Assembly (NCBI GenBank): GCA_902536065.1
Contig: CACAVZ010000001.1
Span: 69,518 to 133,517, forward strand
DNA length: 64,000 nt
Reading direction: 5' to 3'
Source of the DNA: an uncultured Synechococcaceae cyanobacterium
Lineage (GTDB): Bacteria; Cyanobacteriota; Cyanobacteriia; PCC-6307; Cyanobiaceae
Part shown: positions 60,933 through 64,000 of the stretch, piece after piece
Numbering within the stretch: the first letter of the stretch is position 1
Layout of the letters: the number at the start of each line of letters is the position of its first letter
Position numbers and translations under genes: made by a program
Notes under the pieces: model-generated
What the model was told of the DNA's origin: nothing
Database searches by the model: none
What the model saw: only the letters and a program-made list of their open reading frames with translations

Positions 60933-61607
60933 ATGCGAGAGTATATTGAAAATGAAATACCTTATATTCATTTCAAAGATGTCTCTTTTTCGTATCCTGG
61001 TAACAAAGAAAATTTATTATTTAATTGCAATCTTACGATAAAAAAACCTGGATTTTGGATGGTCGTAGGTAAAAACGGAAGTGGAAAAACTGCTCTTTTA
61101 AAATTAATAAATGGAATAATTAAACCCAAAAATGGAACTATTTATTCTTCAGCAAATATTGGGATGGTATTTCAAAACCCTGATCATCAAATATTGATGC
61201 CAAATTGTAGAAGCGAACTTTTAATTAATATTACCCAAAATATAAGTGATTATGAAATTAATAAAAAAATTAAATATGTTCTCGATCAGGTGGAATTGAC
61301 TGGTTTTGAAAAAAGGCCAGTACATACTTTAAGCGGTGGTCAAAAACAACGCTTAACAATTGCATGCGCTCTTATTAGTAATAAAAATTTTATTCTTTTG
61401 GATGAGCCTACAGCTTTACTTGATAAAACCAGTCAATTTAAAGTTTTAAATACTATTAAAAATCTTACAAGTGACAATAAAAAACCTTTATCCGCATTAT
61501 GGATCACTCATCGTTATGAAGAATTAACTTACGCTGATTCAATAGCCGAATTGAAAAATGGTTTTTTATCTAGTTGGCAAGAACCATCAAAATTTCAATA
61601 TAATTAG
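60933..61607 (+). CDS. ECF-type (CbiO/EcfA-like) ABC ATPase
   Basis: GKNGSGKT, VFQNPDHQ, LSGGQKQR, LDEPTALLD, ITH. Start 60933 (ATG) or 60921 (TTG). Confidence 0.9.
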   Translation: MREYIENEIPYIHFKDVSFSYPGNKENLLFNCNLTIKKPGFWMVVGKNGSGKTALLKLINGIIKPKNGTIYSSANIGMVFQNPDHQILMPNCRSELLINITQNISDYEINKKIKYVLDQVELTGFEKRPVHTLSGGQKQRLTIACALISNKNFILLDEPTALLDKTSQFKVLNTIKNLTSDNKKPLSALWITHRYEELTYADSIAELKNGFLSSWQEPSKFQYN

Positions 61608-61656
61608 CCTTTTTACTTGTCATAAGGTACATTAAAGAGCTAAATTCATTTTATGT

Positions 61657-61728
<72 letters not shown>

Positions 61729-61740
61729 TTTTAAACGTCT

Positions 61741-61893
61741 TAATTAGTCCAACAAAGACCCTATATGGGTCTTTTTTTATGTCTGTAACAAGATCTTCAT
61801 GCTATTAGGGAAGGACTAGTAAGATCATTATAGGACATTTTTATTAGTCCATTACTAGTCCTTTTACTAGTCTTTTCACGTTTTTACTAGTCC
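61741..61893. repeat. Six copies of a 10-bp motif TTACTAGTCC (five direct, one inverted)
   Basis: 61741 TAATTAGTCC, 61813 GGACTAGTAA (inverted, exact), 61841 TTATTAGTCC, 61852 TTACTAGTCC, 61864 TTACTAGTCT, 61884 TTACTAGTCC. Confidence 0.9.
61754..61778 (+). terminator. Intrinsic terminator downstream of tRNA-Asn
   Basis: AAAGACCC-TATAT-GGGTCTTT stem-loop followed by a T run. Confidence 0.85.
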
Positions 61894-61943
61894 ATGTTTT
61901 GATCTGCCTAATAATTAAAAGCGAATTGAAAATTGGTATGTTT

Positions 61944-61984
61944 CGCCCTCGGTAACATTCTCGTTATTGGGGGTGTTTTCTTTT
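61944..61984 (+). terminator. Second terminator-like hairpin
   Basis: CGCCCTCGGTAAC-ATTCTC-GTTATTGGGGGTG, 13 bp with 4 G:U pairs, followed by TTTTCTTTT. Confidence 0.6.
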
Positions 61985-62097
61985 GGTTAGTAGGTGATCC
62001 AAACTTAAAAATAATAATAAAACAATCATTAATTATAAATTATTTATTAATAGAAAATTTAGATAAACCCTAAATATCACAAAATAACTTTAGTGAA

Positions 62098-63180
62098 TCA
62101 CTTTGATAATAATTGATAAGCAAAAAGCAAATTTTCATAATTAAATTTTGGAAATTCTCTTACCCACATCAGATAACCATTTAGTTTTAGATATGGTTGA
62201 TCACCAGGATTAAAATTATGATTTTCTTTAAATGTTTTCTCAGTGTTATAAAATCCCCCGCCACCTACATTAAAAATAATGGTTTTAGTAGATTTAGAGA
62301 AAAGTGATACATTAGCTGGCCCACAAGGTGGGAAAATATTAAGCATACTATTCGTATAAAGATCTATCCGATCAAACATACATTCTCTGGCCTCAAAAGA
62401 AATAATTATATCTTTTTTGATATTGTATTTTTCTAGGTTACTTATTTTATCTGGAACTATGATAAGAGTGGTATTCAATTTTTTTGCAAATTTTTGAGCA
62501 GTAAATATATCTTCGCTTGTAGTATTTCTATTTTTTCCAAATCCATAGTCTCTAAGTGTAATTGTTATGTAGGTATCAGTTGTTAATAAATTTCTTGTTT
62601 TATTAATCTTTTCTGATGACTTTATTGGAAGATTTAAACTTGGTGGAATAACAGTTCTATCTTTTAAAAGTGTTTTAGTAATTCTATGATAATCGGGTCC
62701 AGGAGGCCTGTAATATCTCGGATGATAATATAAAGGCACAATACAAGGTCGTTTTAAAATTTCTTCTTTAAGAATTGAAGTATCATTTATACGAATTATT
62801 CTATTTATACAGTTAAATGATTGAGCTAATTTTACAATTATATTTTCTATTCTTAAAACTAAATCCTCATCATTAACTGATAAATTATAGTTTTCCCAAG
62901 TAGGTGATTTAATTGAGGTTCCAGATTGACAAAAAATAATTAAATCAAAATTACTATAACCTTTCTTCTTAAGAAGATTTTGTGACTCAAAAATAAGAAA
63001 AGCAAAGTCAAATGTAATTGACTCAATTCCGGCATCCCAAATTAATGCAGGATTAATATTGTTATTCTTTTCTTTTTTTTTAAAAAAAATTAGCGAATAA
63101 AAAATTTCTATTAATTGTCTTGTTAAATGCTTTGTAGGACTTCTTATTTCACTTTTGATACGATTAAATAAATTCAACAT
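62098..63180 (-). CDS. Hypothetical protein, possibly a divergent GT-B glycosyltransferase-like protein
   Basis: 360-aa ATG ORF; YITITLRD..KNRNT and DRIDLY..NIFPPCGPANV segments recall the C-terminal Rossmann half of GT9-like folds. Confidence 0.6.
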   Translation of the reverse strand: MLNLFNRIKSEIRSPTKHLTRQLIEIFYSLIFFKKKEKNNNINPALIWDAGIESITFDFAFLIFESQNLLKKKGYSNFDLIIFCQSGTSIKSPTWENYNLSVNDEDLVLRIENIIVKLAQSFNCINRIIRINDTSILKEEILKRPCIVPLYYHPRYYRPPGPDYHRITKTLLKDRTVIPPSLNLPIKSSEKINKTRNLLTTDTYITITLRDYGFGKNRNTTSEDIFTAQKFAKKLNTTLIIVPDKISNLEKYNIKKDIIISFEARECMFDRIDLYTNSMLNIFPPCGPANVSLFSKSTKTIIFNVGGGGFYNTEKTFKENHNFNPGDQPYLKLNGYLMWVREFPKFNYENLLFAYQLLSK

Positions 63181-63246
63181 TTACAGAGAATATATTTCTA
63201 CAAATTAAGATAAGAATATTAGCGATCTTTAATCCTATAGTCAAGT

Positions 63247-64000
63247 TTAAGTACTGGAAATTATATTTATGTTTTCATAGTAACTTGGCGGATGAATTTT
63301 ATAGCCTATAGGAATGTCCAAAATTGATTCTCTATCATTCTCAAATCTTAATTTTAAGATCCCATCGTAAAACTTAACGATAATATACTTGGAATTTATC
63401 TCATATATATATCCATATTCAACATCAATATTGTATTTGTGATTATCTATTATCTGAACTGATAATATTTGTAAAACTTCCGAATTTATTATTAATTTTG
63501 CCTTCGCATATGGTTCAGAGTAAGACTTAACAAGTCTAGAAACAGTTTTAATATTAAGCCTTGGATCTAAAATAGTATCATGCTCTGTTCTAGCTCTAAG
63601 ATAACTACTAAATCCTGAATTAATTTTATTGTTTTGACTTTTATGTGAGTTATTATTGATTACTTTTTTTATTACTTGAGAACATGTATCAATACCAAGA
63701 TTATTAACTTCATCTTCTAATTCTTTAATATTCATTCCTCCTATTTTGTACGGGAATTGATTAATCAATTGTCCTGTATCTATCCCTTCATCCATTATGA
63801 AATAAGAGAGGGAAGAAGAGGTGTAGCCTAAAGCTATTAGCCAATGTAATGGATGCCTTCCCCTATGAATTGGAAGAGAAGTTGGATGAGTTCCTATAAT
63901 GCCATATTTCGGTAGATTTAATAATGGATTTTTTATTATTTTGTGCCAAGAAGATAAAATAACATCCGGATTATATTTTTTTATTTGGTCATAAACACAA
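63247..64000 (-). CDS. Formyltransferase (FMT/ArnA-like, probably sugar N-formyltransferase), 5' end outside window
   Basis: Frame is open to the window edge: ..PDVILSSWHKII..PKYGIIGTHPTSLPIHRGRHPLHWLI..MDEGIDTG, the HPxxLPxxRG and DxGxDTG formyltransferase motifs; track start at 63795 is internal. Confidence 0.88.
   Translation of the reverse strand, partial: CVYDQIKKYNPDVILSSWHKIIKNPLLNLPKYGIIGTHPTSLPIHRGRHPLHWLIALGYTSSSLSYFIMDEGIDTGQLINQFPYKIGGMNIKELEDEVNNLGIDTCSQVIKKVINNNSHKSQNNKINSGFSSYLRARTEHDTILDPRLNIKTVSRLVKSYSEPYAKAKLIINSEVLQILSVQIIDNHKYNIDVEYGYIYEINSKYIIVKFYDGILKLRFENDRESILDIPIGYKIHPPSYYENINIISST

Larger units (their letters stand above)
61729..64000. mobile_element. Left end of a probable tRNA-Asn-anchored genomic island
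   Basis: Switch from core genes to glycan-modification-type genes right after a tRNA 3' end, repeat cluster at the junction, sequence looks more AT-rich by eye. No integrase within the window. Confidence 0.6.

Noticed and set aside
61741-61893. Mini CRISPR array
   Set aside because: Repeats are only 10 bp, gaps are irregular and mostly too short for spacers, one copy is inverted and no cas genes are present.
61947-61954. CCTCGGTA matching the 5' end of tRNA-Asn as an att duplication
   Set aside because: Only 8 bp, and it is explained as one arm of the hairpin; too weak to call.

Overview
AT-rich, gene-dense window that reads as the core chromosome of a high-light Prochlorococcus (picocyanobacterial gene set and order: smc, accC, psbX, ycf66, hli genes, sufBCDS, pgm, coaX, cysH, ktrB/ktrA, degQ, tolC, nadB, VKOR, rimO, petL, aroK, rbfA, hemD, zds, ndhO, cysK); the taxon is inferred from gene content and protein similarity recalled from memory, not from a search. 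About 61.7 kb is housekeeping DNA. It holds two tRNAs (a rare A34 tRNA-Leu(AAG) at 4385-4466 and tRNA-Asn(GTT) at 61657-61728), five small genes missed by the ORF track, and one probably frameshifted gene. After tRNA-Asn the character changes: a terminator, six copies of TTACTAGTCC, a second strand-specific hairpin, then minus-strand surface-glycan-type genes running off the window, which looks like the left end of a tRNA-anchored island. Best leads: that att-like repeat array; a four-gene putative pterin operon (46334-49525); a small-protein cluster at 30.8-34.0 kb (ribbon-helix-helix regulator with a palindromic operator, a core-less Nif11-like leader peptide, a twin-CX3C peptide); and the AAG tRNA. 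None of these can be shown to be novel without database searches.
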